This document shows, in pieces, positions 44,577-52,840 of a stretch of 64,000 nucleotides of DNA; position 1 is the first letter of the stretch; the number at the start of each line of letters is the position of its first letter. Made by a program: the position numbers and the translations under genes. The stretch is taken from positions 123,863-187,862 of the IMG/VR virus record IMGVR_UViG_3300042090_002485; one strand, 5' to 3'. The stretch comes from a virus. The notes beneath the pieces are model-generated. The model was not told the origin of the DNA. It did not search any database and saw nothing but the letters and a program-made list of their open reading frames with translations.

Positions 44577-44827
44577 TGCGCAGCTATCGGCGCATCATCG
44601 CGTTCAAGATCGGCGACTTCGAACGCGGTGACGACGGCACGCTCGTGCATGTGTTCACGAACCATCGTGTGGCTGGCGAGTGGGTTCACCGCCTTAAGTG
44701 TCGTAGCTCGTTCTGGACATATCGTGGTGGCGAGGTCAGCGAAGTTAGACCGATGCCGACGTGCGTGGCGTGCATCGCTGCGCTGATCGAGGAGGAACAT
44801 GACCGATCCCAGGTTGGCGCGTGGTGA
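44573..44827 (+). CDS. TCxxC-family small Zn-finger-like protein
   Basis: YRRIIA...GTLVH...KC...PTCVACIA. Confidence 0.8.
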   Translation: MMRSYRRIIAFKIGDFERGDDGTLVHVFTNHRVAGEWVHRLKCRSSFWTYRGGEVSEVRPMPTCVACIAALIEEEHDRSQVGAW

Positions 44828-44836
44828 GGAGTACCG

Positions 44837-45079
44837 ATGAGCTTGGAATACGCGCCGCGCCAGAACATCCGTTACATCACTCCAGCCCTGGGAGGTATTG
44901 TGCACGCGACCTACGCGTCCAAGTACATCAGCGCCTACAAAACAACGTCCGGGTACATGTGGGTGCGTCGTGTACGTTGCGCCGACGGTGTCGGTGCCGT
45001 GTTGATGGCTGGCACGTTCGAGTCCACCGACGACATGGTGACATGCGCGGTGTGCGTCGGGTTGCCGTCGCTATGTTGA
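44837..45079 (+). CDS. TCxxC-family small Zn-finger-like protein
   Basis: GGIVH...RC...VTCAVCV. Confidence 0.8.
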   Translation: MSLEYAPRQNIRYITPALGGIVHATYASKYISAYKTTSGYMWVRRVRCADGVGAVLMAGTFESTDDMVTCAVCVGLPSLC

Positions 45080-45333
45080 GCCAGCGCGCACACCTGGTCG
45101 GCCGAACACGTGTTTCTGGTCCAGATGACGCGCTTGTCGTGGGAGTCTTCGTTACTAAGCTTGTTCACTACGTATTCTCCTACAACAACCCGCCCCGGAA
45201 CTATCCAAGTTCGTTCTACGTGTTGTGCACGCACGCGATGCTCAGCACCATGTACAAAGAGTACGTCGCAAGCCGCGCCGCAGTGACATGCGTGCAATGT
45301 CTTGCAGCTGTGCAGCGGGAGGGCTTCACGTGA
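45073..45333 (+). CDS. TCxxC-family small Zn-finger-like protein
   Basis: TKLVH...LC...VTCVQCLA. Confidence 0.8.
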   Translation: MLSQRAHLVGRTRVSGPDDALVVGVFVTKLVHYVFSYNNPPRNYPSSFYVLCTHAMLSTMYKEYVASRAAVTCVQCLAAVQREGFT

Positions 45334-45593
45334 AAATCGCTCTTGGCCTTCAACAACCACGCCCCCTCTACTTGTCGTGCGGCCCGAATATACGTCTGTA
45401 CACGCGCGACGATGACATCGTTCATCACAGCGTGCACGTTCGGGTCGGCGGCCTGCATGGCTTCATTGAGTCATACGACGTCATTGCGTGCACACAACAT
45501 AACCTGCGCGACGTTATCTGTACCCAAGCCTTGGGTGTTGTGACCTGCGTGGCTTGCATCGCTTACGTTCTGCACGGAAAGATTTCGCTGTGA
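45330..45593 (+). CDS. TCxxC-family small Zn-finger-like protein
   Basis: DDDIVH...AC...VTCVACIA. Confidence 0.8.
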   Translation: MKIALGLQQPRPLYLSCGPNIRLYTRDDDIVHHSVHVRVGGLHGFIESYDVIACTQHNLRDVICTQALGVVTCVACIAYVLHGKISL

Positions 45594-45823
45594 AGACTGT
45601 GAAGGCGATGCAACGCGACGACAACGTCTACCTGCTTGGCGACGATGAGACACGTGGCCTCGTGCACGTCAGTTACACCATCGACTGGGTCTCGAACCTA
45701 CCGGACAGTGCTCGGTTCTTGGCGTGCGACGGACGTAGCTTGCATGCCGGTACGCACCTGGCCACCGATTACATTGTCACGTGCGTCGTGTGTTGGGCAA
45801 CGTTGGCAAGATGGCCGTCATGA
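45590..45823 (+). CDS. TCxxC-family small Zn-finger-like protein
   Basis: RGLVH...AC...VTCVVCWA. Confidence 0.8.
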   Translation: MKTVKAMQRDDNVYLLGDDETRGLVHVSYTIDWVSNLPDSARFLACDGRSLHAGTHLATDYIVTCVVCWATLARWPS

Positions 45824-46053
45824 AGCGCACCTACGACGGCTACCAGCACCACTGCCGAGGCAGCAACGCAGTCATCGGGCTCGTTGACGACCTCGTCGTG
45901 CACGGCACGTTGTGCCTCACGTCCATCGCCGCGCCGTGGATAGGCCGACGAGCCATCGCCTGCCTGGGCGTGGACGTCGAGCTGATCAACGCGCGCTACG
46001 TTGTCCGCGCGCCAACGTGCGTGCGCTGCATCGCCGAACTTGTTGGTTTATGA
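45820..46053 (+). CDS. TCxxC-family small Zn-finger-like protein
   Basis: DDLVVH...AC...PTCVRCIA. Confidence 0.8.
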   Translation: MKRTYDGYQHHCRGSNAVIGLVDDLVVHGTLCLTSIAAPWIGRRAIACLGVDVELINARYVVRAPTCVRCIAELVGL

Positions 46054-46066
46054 TACCAACCAGACC

Positions 46067-46312
46067 ATGAAGCTGACCGTGGAGATCGACAGCATCATGC
46101 ACAACACCCGGATGCCTAAGCCGAGCCCAGAAAACGGACAGCTCGCAACTGGCCCGTTCCACGCGCTCGAAACAGCCTGCGGCCAAAGTTTCATGGGAGG
46201 CAATCCCATCCCACGCCAGGGCATAGCTGACCTGCCGCCAGCGCCACGTGTTGCTGTTGGCGGCGTGGTTACGTGCATGTTGTGCATAGCGACGTGGACC
46301 AAGGAGAACTAG
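46067..46312 (+). CDS. TCxxC-family small Zn-finger-like protein
   Basis: IDSIMH...ACG...VTCMLCIA. Confidence 0.8.
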   Translation: MKLTVEIDSIMHNTRMPKPSPENGQLATGPFHALETACGQSFMGGNPIPRQGIADLPPAPRVAVGGVVTCMLCIATWTKEN

Positions 46313-46492
46313 ATAAAATACCCCAAGCTTACTGTGCTCGAGTTGATCATCGTGCTCGTCGTCATCGCCGGGTTCGTGACGGTGGTTTGGTTCATGGTGC
46401 TCGAACGTGATGAGAAGGCCGACTGCCGAGACCGGGGCGCAGTGCATCGCTGCTCTCGACAGCATCCAGGACAAGTTCGCGCAGATGGCTGA
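46313..46492 (+). CDS. possible pilin-like membrane peptide (ATA start or lost ATG)
   Basis: AAGGAG 6 nt before ATA; LTVLELIIVLVVIAGF. Confidence 0.3.
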   Translation: MKYPKLTVLELIIVLVVIAGFVTVVWFMVLERDEKADCRDRGAVHRCSRQHPGQVRADG

Positions 46493-46571
46493 TATGCTTG
46501 ACAACGTCACTGGCGTCGCCAAGGTCCTCGGTGTCGCCCTGGACAACCTCAAGGAGGACATGAAGCTATGA
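46410..46571 (+). CDS. small coiled-coil protein
   Basis: 53 aa, ATGA overlap with 46568. Confidence 0.45.
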   Translation: MRRPTAETGAQCIAALDSIQDKFAQMADMLDNVTGVAKVLGVALDNLKEDMKL

Positions 46572-47182
46572 GCAACGCGATCGTAAACAACAACCAAATC
46601 ATATTATACAGCGACGAAGGCAACCCGCTGGACGCGCTGACGCCGAAAGCTGCGCGCGCGCTGTCGCAGCAGCTGCTCGATGCGGCGTTCGTGCTCGAAA
46701 CGGGGCGTATCACCGAACGCACGCGAGCGTGGTACTTCGGCGTGTGGAACGACGTGGGCCACGACTTGCACCACATCGGCGGTTCGCGTGTTCGCTACGA
46801 AGACCCGTATTGCCCTGCACAGAAGCTCCACACCCTCGACGGTGGCTGGGCACCGCGCCACGAAGGCCAGACGGTTTTTTACACCGCCGCGTACTATCTC
46901 GACCCCCACAAGATGACGCGCATGGGTCACGTCGGCGGCGAGTGTCCGCAGGGCCAGTTCCTCTTCCACCGCTATATGAAGGACGGTTCGTGGATGACAC
47001 TGCTGGCGTGGTGGGACCGTACGCATGGCGACAAGCGCGGCTCCTGCAATTCGGTCTACATCGTCGAGGGCGAGTTCGCGGTCAGCGAGATGTTGGCGTG
47101 GTGGCCCAAGCACTTCCCGCTCCAGGCCAAGCACCTCAAAGACGCAGGCGTCGAGCTGGTGCAGGTACATGCATCGGTTTGA
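46568..47182 (+). CDS. hypothetical phage protein
   Basis: 204 aa; YFGVW..GH...W.LLAWWDRT.D.RG..NS. Confidence 0.75.
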   Translation: MSNAIVNNNQIILYSDEGNPLDALTPKAARALSQQLLDAAFVLETGRITERTRAWYFGVWNDVGHDLHHIGGSRVRYEDPYCPAQKLHTLDGGWAPRHEGQTVFYTAAYYLDPHKMTRMGHVGGECPQGQFLFHRYMKDGSWMTLLAWWDRTHGDKRGSCNSVYIVEGEFAVSEMLAWWPKHFPLQAKHLKDAGVELVQVHASV

Positions 47183-47381
47183 GCCGTTCGTCGCGACGTG
47201 GAACGGTGGGGTCCTCGCGCACCTGCTGGTGCCGTACGACCGCGTCGCGCAGAACATCGGTGATGTGTTTCGGGCGCTGTGCGGCACCACCAATCGATGG
47301 TCAGAGGGCTTCACCGATAACCAGTTCGTCAAGGTCGAGGGGCCGCCGACGTGCGTGCTGTGCTGGGCGGCGGCGCCATGA
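47169..47381 (+). CDS. TCxxC-family small Zn-finger-like protein
   Basis: GVLAH...LCG...PTCVLCWA. Confidence 0.8.
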   Translation: MHRFEPFVATWNGGVLAHLLVPYDRVAQNIGDVFRALCGTTNRWSEGFTDNQFVKVEGPPTCVLCWAAAP

Positions 47382-47632
47382 CGGTCTACAACAACGTGCG
47401 CGGTCCCGACGGTATCGTGCACAACATCCTATTCGGCGAGCGCTGGGGCACGCGCTGCGGTAACACGTTCGGCAACGAGCACGTGGATCCAGAATGGCGG
47501 CCGTCGGCGGACGTGGTCACCTGCGTGCGGTGTGTTGCTGGGGTACGCGAGACCAGCCTCCTCGAGGACAGGGCGCTCGACGCGTTGTTGTGCGCGTTGG
47601 TCGAGGCCTACAAGAGGTCGCCCAATGGCTAA
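47378..47632 (+). CDS. TCxxC-family protein with a captured C-terminal tail
   Basis: GPDGIVH...RCG...VTCVRCVA; tail DALLCALVEAYK.PNG matches end of 49626-49952. Confidence 0.8.
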   Translation: MTVYNNVRGPDGIVHNILFGERWGTRCGNTFGNEHVDPEWRPSADVVTCVRCVAGVRETSLLEDRALDALLCALVEAYKRSPNG

Positions 47633-47667
47633 GCTCACCGCGAAGAGTCTCAGGCTCGCTGATGACG
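47578..47667 (+). repeat. direct repeat copy 1 (gene-junction duplication)
   Basis: 47621-47662 identical (42 bp) to 49941-49982, with diverged homology upstream. Confidence 0.9.
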
Positions 47668-47852
47668 AGACCTTGTGCGACGCGATCGAGGTGCTCTACG
47701 CGAACAAGGACCTGCCGCCGAGCGACCCCGCGGCGTGGCACGTCACCGACGCGACCGTCACGTGCGTCAAGTGCCTGGCCGCGGACTTGGAGAACGACGC
47801 CGTCAACGCGGCATACGAGCGCATCCGGCGAGGCCGCAATGGCGCGTATTGA
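47625..47852 (+). CDS. chimeric TCxxC-family protein
   Basis: MAKLTAKSLRLADD shared with 49945 gene; VTCVKCLA. Confidence 0.75.
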   Translation: MAKLTAKSLRLADDETLCDAIEVLYANKDLPPSDPAAWHVTDATVTCVKCLAADLENDAVNAAYERIRRGRNGAY

Positions 47853-48138
47853 CAAGCCGCACACGCTCGGCTTGGTCATGGATCCGGACGGCGTCGTGCA
47901 CGGCTACGTCTACGTCCCGTTCGACCCGACCAAGCACTTCCAGTTCACCAACTGGCAGATTCAGGGCATCGTGCAGGAGGGGGACGTCATCAAGATCGAG
48001 GCGTCCGCGGACAAGCTCGAGCTGTTGCCGGTCTACGTCACGTTTTGCGGCGCTCCGTTCGACGACCTCGGCTGGGTGGACGTCGCCGACAAGCTAGTCA
48101 CGTGCGTGGGCTGCTGGGCGATGGTGTGCACGCCGTGA
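47839..48138 (+). CDS. TCxxC-family small Zn-finger-like protein
   Basis: DPDGVVH...FCG...VTCVGCWA. Confidence 0.8.
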   Translation: MARIDKPHTLGLVMDPDGVVHGYVYVPFDPTKHFQFTNWQIQGIVQEGDVIKIEASADKLELLPVYVTFCGAPFDDLGWVDVADKLVTCVGCWAMVCTP

Positions 48139-48451
48139 GCGGCGGGCCTCCGGCGTGGTTGTGCGCGTGCGATCCTTATGACCCGGAAGACTCGCACGTC
48201 GTGCACCTGTTCGGTTTGTCTGCGCTTTCCGACAGCATAGGCAAGCGCTTCTACGTATCGTGCTGTTCGCTCGGTTTCATCCAGCAGGCAGTTCATGCCA
48301 AGTACTGGACGTTGTTCATCCAGCAGGTAGTTCATGCCAAGTACTGGATGTTGGACGAAGCAACCAACTGGCGATCAACCAAGACGCTCCGACGTGCGCC
48401 CTGTGCGTCGCCTACTCGCCGTCCGATTTGGTATACGGACATGGACGATAG
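48135..48451 (+). pseudogene. frameshifted TCxxC-family gene
   Basis: DSHVVH..SCC in one frame, PTCALCVA in another; internal 2x39-bp duplication 48276-48353. Confidence 0.65.
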
Positions 48452-48459
48452 AGGTGCCT

Positions 48460-48714
48460 ATGATCACTGTTAGACCGACCATCATCAGCGACCACGCCAT
48501 CGAGCGCGCGATGACCCGTCACATGGGCGTCCCGTCGCTGCACGTCGGGCCGATCGTCGAACGCTACGCCGCGAAGGTGCGCCGCAAGCTCGAGGCCCTG
48601 CTCCTCAGCGCCGAGCACGTTGGGCCTGACGGCCACTGGCAGATCTGGCGCACGCAGACGGGGCATCTGCTGACCGTTGACGTTGATGGCGTGGTGCGGA
48701 CGATCTTGCCGTGA
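48460..48714 (+). CDS. small hypothetical protein (HAIER motif)
   Basis: GAGG SD; ISDHAIERA...LTVDVDGVVRTILP. Confidence 0.65.
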   Translation: MITVRPTIISDHAIERAMTRHMGVPSLHVGPIVERYAAKVRRKLEALLLSAEHVGPDGHWQIWRTQTGHLLTVDVDGVVRTILP

Positions 48715-48968
48715 GCGAGCACGAGCTGCCGCCGTATCTGGTCGACAATGTGCTTGGTCCTGATGGCATCGTGCACAGCACCTACGCGCACGGCGCGTTC
48801 GGTGACAAGCTCGGCATCGACATCTATGTCGTGTGCACGGCGCGCAAGCCGCATGGATTGCCTGTGGTCGAGGGGCCGGCGACGTGTGTCATGTGCTTCG
48901 CTGACTGGCCGAAGACGCAGCGCTGGGTGCGTTATGCGATCATCAACTCTCGTGGCACAGACCCGTGA
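48711..48968 (+). CDS. TCxxC-family small Zn-finger-like protein
   Basis: GPDGIVH...VC...ATCVMCFA. Confidence 0.8.
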   Translation: MSEHELPPYLVDNVLGPDGIVHSTYAHGAFGDKLGIDIYVVCTARKPHGLPVVEGPATCVMCFADWPKTQRWVRYAIINSRGTDP

Positions 48969-49211
48969 GAGGCATTCGCCTCATCGTCATGGTCCACGAG
49001 GTCGTGCTGTCGTACTCTGCCCCCCCATTACACCAAGGTTTCGGCTCAGCCGCGCTACGTCGTCAGGACGCGGTGCGGGCGTAGCTACAGCTTTTCGATG
49101 GCCATGTATCACGAGAAGCACATCAATAACGATGCTGTCATCACGTGCGTGCGTTGTCTCGCTGGTGTCGACGCCGAGGGTCGTGCGCTGCCGATGGCGT
49201 TTGAGGGCTAG
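48965..49211 (+). pseudogene. TCxxC-family gene frameshifted at a C7 run
   Basis: VMVH... then C7 (49020-49026); removing one C gives ...RCG...ITCVRCLA to TAG 49211. Confidence 0.75.
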
Positions 49212-49215
49212 GGCG

Positions 49216-49410
49216 ATGACCGCCGAGGAGCTGCAGCACGTTCTGGACGAGGTCTACAAGCTCGCCATGGCGTGGCACGACCGCGACCCAGCGTGGGACG
49301 CCAACGCCATCGCGCGCGTGCTGCTTTACGCGGGGACGATCTACGCGAAGTCCACAGGCGCCTCGCTCGAAGAGGTCCTGGAGATGGTAACCCAGACGTT
49401 TATGAAGTAA
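49216..49410 (+). CDS. small hypothetical protein
   Basis: 64 aa, helical. Confidence 0.6.
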   Translation: MTAEELQHVLDEVYKLAMAWHDRDPAWDANAIARVLLYAGTIYAKSTGASLEEVLEMVTQTFMK

Positions 49411-49425
49411 ACACGGAGGTCGAAC

Positions 49426-49629
49426 ATGAACCGAGCCAACCGCAAGGCCAAGCTCTCCAAGTACGAGGTCGTTGTCACGCGCCAGATCGAGCAGGTGATC
49501 ACGTTGATGGTCGAGGCGCGGTCTAAAGAAGAAGCCCAAGACGTCGCGACGAACATCGCTAACGACGATGGGCGAAGCTGGATGTCGACGGTGGTAAATC
49601 AAAACGCGAAGGTCAGGAAGCTACGATGA
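49426..49629 (+). CDS. small hypothetical protein
   Basis: GGAGG SD; YEVVVTR...VEARSKEEA. Confidence 0.7.
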   Translation: MNRANRKAKLSKYEVVVTRQIEQVITLMVEARSKEEAQDVATNIANDDGRSWMSTVVNQNAKVRKLR

Positions 49630-49952
49630 AGACTACGATGAAGACTGCGACGAAGGCAAACATTGGGCGCATCCTGGCTGCCGAGGCTCGCGTCAAGGAC
49701 CTCGAGGCGTCGCTCAAGAACGAGATCGCGGAGCGCTTCGCCGATAACCAACGGCACAAGGACGAGTGCGACCGTCTGCGTGACGAGATCCGCGACGCAC
49801 AGCAGCCCGACGACGACGAGGCTAAGCGCGCGTCAAAGCAGGGCCTCGATTTTATCGTCACCGTCGAGCAGAACGTCAACCTGCGCGCCGAACGTGATGC
49901 GCTGCTGCTCGCGCTGGTCGCGGCCTACAAGACGAGGAAGCCCAATGGCTAA
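49626..49952 (+). CDS. coiled-coil hypothetical protein
   Basis: 108 aa. Confidence 0.7.
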   Translation: MKTTMKTATKANIGRILAAEARVKDLEASLKNEIAERFADNQRHKDECDRLRDEIRDAQQPDDDEAKRASKQGLDFIVTVEQNVNLRAERDALLLALVAAYKTRKPNG

Positions 49953-49987
49953 GCTCACCGCGAAGAGTCTCAGGCTCGCTGACGACG
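49896..49987 (+). repeat. direct repeat copy 2 (gene-junction duplication)
   Basis: see 47578-47667. Confidence 0.9.
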
Positions 49988-50334
49988 TCCGGCTGTCCGA
50001 TTCGTTCGCCAACACGCGAGACCACTACAAGGTCGTCACCGACCGCGTCCTGTTCTACCGCATCAGTGGCTCCGACCATATCGGGTGGCAGGTGACGCCG
50101 ATGCTAAACGCACTGATCTACATCAAGATGAAGGGGACCACGCATGTCGTATCGTCGTACGAGCATGGCGAGCCGCTGGTCGTACGCAAGGCAAATGGTT
50201 TCATCGACCGGTCCGCGCACACCTTTGCCGAGACGATCGTGAAGTCGATTAGCGCACTCGAGCAGCGCGCTGGTGAGGTTCGCGAGGAAGAGAAGCGGGT
50301 CATGCACGCGGCCAAGAAAGGCCGTAAGCGATGA
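49945..50334 (+). CDS. hypothetical protein
   Basis: 129 aa, starts MAKLTAKSLRLADD. Confidence 0.7.
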   Translation: MAKLTAKSLRLADDVRLSDSFANTRDHYKVVTDRVLFYRISGSDHIGWQVTPMLNALIYIKMKGTTHVVSSYEHGEPLVVRKANGFIDRSAHTFAETIVKSISALEQRAGEVREEEKRVMHAAKKGRKR

Positions 50335-50606
50335 AAGCGGCCATCGTCGCATTCCCTGTCGGCGCTCATGTGCTCATTCGCGACGACTCCGACGACGTCT
50401 GGGTCAAGGCGTTCGAGATAGCCGCCGCGCTGGCACGCGCTGGGCACCGCCCAGAGGTCGGCCGGATTGTTGATCCACGCGAAGACAAGTACGTCGGCGT
50501 CCGTGTCGTGTTGATCGTGGACAGAACGGTGCGCGACTACGTCAAGCTGACGGACACGCTGCGAGCGGTTGCAGAGCAATGTGGCGTGGAAATCGTCGAT
50601 GCGTGA
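50331..50606 (+). CDS. hypothetical protein
   Basis: 91 aa, ATGA overlap. Confidence 0.65.
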   Translation: MKAAIVAFPVGAHVLIRDDSDDVWVKAFEIAAALARAGHRPEVGRIVDPREDKYVGVRVVLIVDRTVRDYVKLTDTLRAVAEQCGVEIVDA

Positions 50607-50826
50607 CGTTCGCAAGATCCATGCTGCCCCGCTGCTACGCGACGTTGTGCTCGCCGCGGTGCCGCCCAAGCAGGAGTGCGTGTTTCGCGACGTGCTGCAG
50701 CGCGTGCGCGACGACTACGGCACGGTGTCCGAGCGGCAGGTGCAGCGCGCCATCGCGCTGCTGCTCGCGCGGCGGAAGCTGCGCCGGGTCGGAACCATCT
50801 ACGAGGGGACCTATGCCAGACCTTAG
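50599..50826 (+). CDS. small winged-helix-like protein
   Basis: DDYGTVSERQVQRAIALL...LRR. Confidence 0.6.
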   Translation: MRDVRKIHAAPLLRDVVLAAVPPKQECVFRDVLQRVRDDYGTVSERQVQRAIALLLARRKLRRVGTIYEGTYARP

Positions 50827-51019
50827 CTGCGTCGTGCTCGGCAAGGTCGTCGCGCTCAACAACCTGACAGGCTGGGGCGAAGCCGTCTACGACCTCACGG
50901 TCGTGCCGTTCCACGTTACGTCGATGCGCCGCTGGCATCGCGAAGCGAACGTTATCGGCCAGCCGTGCAACCTCATCTTCAACCAGGGCGGGGACCTCCT
51001 GTCCGTGGAGCTGCTCTGA
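50813..51019 (+). CDS. small hypothetical protein
   Basis: 68 aa, coupled. Confidence 0.55.
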   Translation: MPDLSCVVLGKVVALNNLTGWGEAVYDLTVVPFHVTSMRRWHREANVIGQPCNLIFNQGGDLLSVELL

Positions 51020-51306
51020 TGGCAGACGCATTCGAGACCGTGATTTGGAAGTTCCCCGTGCCCGCGCAGAGCGTGTTCGATCTGGACTTGCCCGACGCTC
51101 CGTTCGCACCGCTCTGTGTGCAGATGCAGGCTGGAGTGGCGCAGGTGTGGATCCAGGTCAACGCGGATCCGAACCTGGCCAAGCGCAAGCGGCGGTTCGT
51201 GGTTGTCGCGACAGGCGCGCCCTTCGACTCGTTCAACCTGCACTACGTGGGCACGTTCCAGCCGCAGTCGGGGCTGGTGTTCCACTTGTTCTATCAGGTG
51301 CCGTGA
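51019..51306 (+). CDS. DUF7352-like phage protein
   Basis: IWKFP...LCVQMQ...VW...F.V.ATG...YVGTFQ...LVFHLF. Confidence 0.7.
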   Translation: MADAFETVIWKFPVPAQSVFDLDLPDAPFAPLCVQMQAGVAQVWIQVNADPNLAKRKRRFVVVATGAPFDSFNLHYVGTFQPQSGLVFHLFYQVP

Positions 51307-51488
51307 TGCCTCGGGCGAAGTCCAAGTTCGAGGTCAACTACTACGAGGCCTACAGCGACGGTCGGCTCGGCATCCACGTCGAGGACCAGTACGGCACGTG
51401 CATCGAGATCATAGTCAAACAACACGACGTGTCCCGCATGACCGCTGCGGGCGTGGATGCGCTGCAGTGCAAACCGAGCAGGCGATGA
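51306..51488 (+). CDS. small hypothetical protein
   Basis: 60 aa, TGATG overlap. Confidence 0.55.
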   Translation: MPRAKSKFEVNYYEAYSDGRLGIHVEDQYGTCIEIIVKQHDVSRMTAAGVDALQCKPSRR

Positions 51489-51721
51489 TGATGGAGAACC
51501 GAATGCATCGTTGCACACGCTGCGGCGAGAGCTACTGGGGCCACGAGATCTGCGAGCCCGAGAGCGGCGCGATGCAGTTGCCGCGTGTCCACCTTCACAA
51601 CGTTCCGTGGTGGCAACGTGCCCAGCTACATACGATCCTCGTTGCGGGCTTCGGGTTCGGGGTCGGCGTGGGCATGGGCCTTGGTGGCATCCTCATCATC
51701 AGCATCGTTGGTTGGCCGTGA
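51485..51721 (+). CDS. small membrane protein with N-terminal CxxC
   Basis: HRCTRCGE...; C-terminal TM helix. Confidence 0.6.
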   Translation: MMMENRMHRCTRCGESYWGHEICEPESGAMQLPRVHLHNVPWWQRAQLHTILVAGFGFGVGVGMGLGGILIISIVGWP

Positions 51722-51960
51722 TGAACGACAACGAGCCTAAGGAAGCCATCGGCACGCGTCGCTCGCGCTGTGCCAACGGCATCGACAACCATCACGAGTT
51801 CATCGTCCTCGCGGACGACTCGCGCGTGCTCGAAGCTGACGCAATCGCGTTGCTCGACGCTGGCTGCATCCTGTACATGAAGAATCCAGGCAGTACCGCG
51901 CGCCTGCTGTTGCAACACCGGCGGTGCGAGCCCTGCCAGAGGGAGGTCCTGTTCGCATGA
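51721..51960 (+). CDS. small hypothetical protein
   Basis: 79 aa, coupled. Confidence 0.55.
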   Translation: MNDNEPKEAIGTRRSRCANGIDNHHEFIVLADDSRVLEADAIALLDAGCILYMKNPGSTARLLLQHRRCEPCQREVLFA

Positions 51961-52535
51961 TGGTCATGTTCCACGACGACGATTGCGGCGAGCTGCTCGA
52001 CGGCGACGGCGAGTGCCCCAAGTGCAAGTTTCACCCCGACGGGCAGAGCGTCGCGTTTCAAGAGGTCGACGACGTGCTGCTGCGCGACGGCATCGAGCGC
52101 GTGGGCCGCACCTACCTCGGCAAGTACCGTGAGCGTATCAATCGCGCCGTGCAGGTCACGCCGCCCCCGCCGGAGCCCACATTCGAAGAGCCCAAGCTTG
52201 CCGAGGTCATCCCGCTGCCGACACCGCAAGCCCCGCCGCCGCCAGCGCCGCCCGACGACGAAGAGGCGGAGCTGCTGAAGGTCCAGGAGGACGTCTACAA
52301 GGAGTTCAAGCGACGGCTCACGGAGGTCACGGGTGACATCATGACCCGCTACACCGAGGGCAGCTTCGCGCGCGCGGCCACGATGATGGCGGTGCTGCAC
52401 GCCACGCTCGCTGAAGAGGTCGGTCGCGCCGAGAAGATCCTCGAGGGCGCACTGCACCGCGCCGGCGCGCCGGTGCCTAACCTGCTCGCAACACGCACCC
52501 TACGCATCGAGCGCGGTCGCAAGATGGCCCGCTAG
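51957..52535 (+). CDS. hypothetical protein, paralog of 52841-53218
   Basis: CGE...CPKC N-terminus, Pro-rich linker, helical domain VLHA..A.EVGR.EK.LE. Confidence 0.7.
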   Translation: MMVMFHDDDCGELLDGDGECPKCKFHPDGQSVAFQEVDDVLLRDGIERVGRTYLGKYRERINRAVQVTPPPPEPTFEEPKLAEVIPLPTPQAPPPPAPPDDEEAELLKVQEDVYKEFKRRLTEVTGDIMTRYTEGSFARAATMMAVLHATLAEEVGRAEKILEGALHRAGAPVPNLLATRTLRIERGRKMAR

Positions 52536-52544
52536 AATTCGACC

Positions 52545-52832
52545 ATGAGCGCAACCGTTGAGATCTTGGCTGCTGGCATCCACCAGTGCACCACCGAGAC
52601 GTCGGGCAAAGACGAAGTCGCCAACGCAGTGGCGTTCGCGTTGCAGGAGTCCGCAGCGCCGGATGTGGTCGCTACGCAGCTACGCCACCTCGTTGGTGAC
52701 CATGGCGCGATGTACTACTCGTTGTTGCCCGAGCACGTGTTCAACGTGCAAGACGCGCAAGGCCAGACGTGGACGCTCAAGCTCCGCATGACCAACGACC
52801 TCACCGACGGCGTCACGACGTCGTCGGGATAG
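52545..52832 (+). CDS. hypothetical protein
   Basis: 95 aa. Confidence 0.6.
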   Translation: MSATVEILAAGIHQCTTETSGKDEVANAVAFALQESAAPDVVATQLRHLVGDHGAMYYSLLPEHVFNVQDAQGQTWTLKLRMTNDLTDGVTTSSG

Positions 52833-52840
52833 GAGAGCCC

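Noticed and set aside
41581-46312. Classical integron cassette array
   Set aside because: Genes overlap, leaving no room for attC sites; no palindromic attC-like sequences and no tyrosine integrase in the window.
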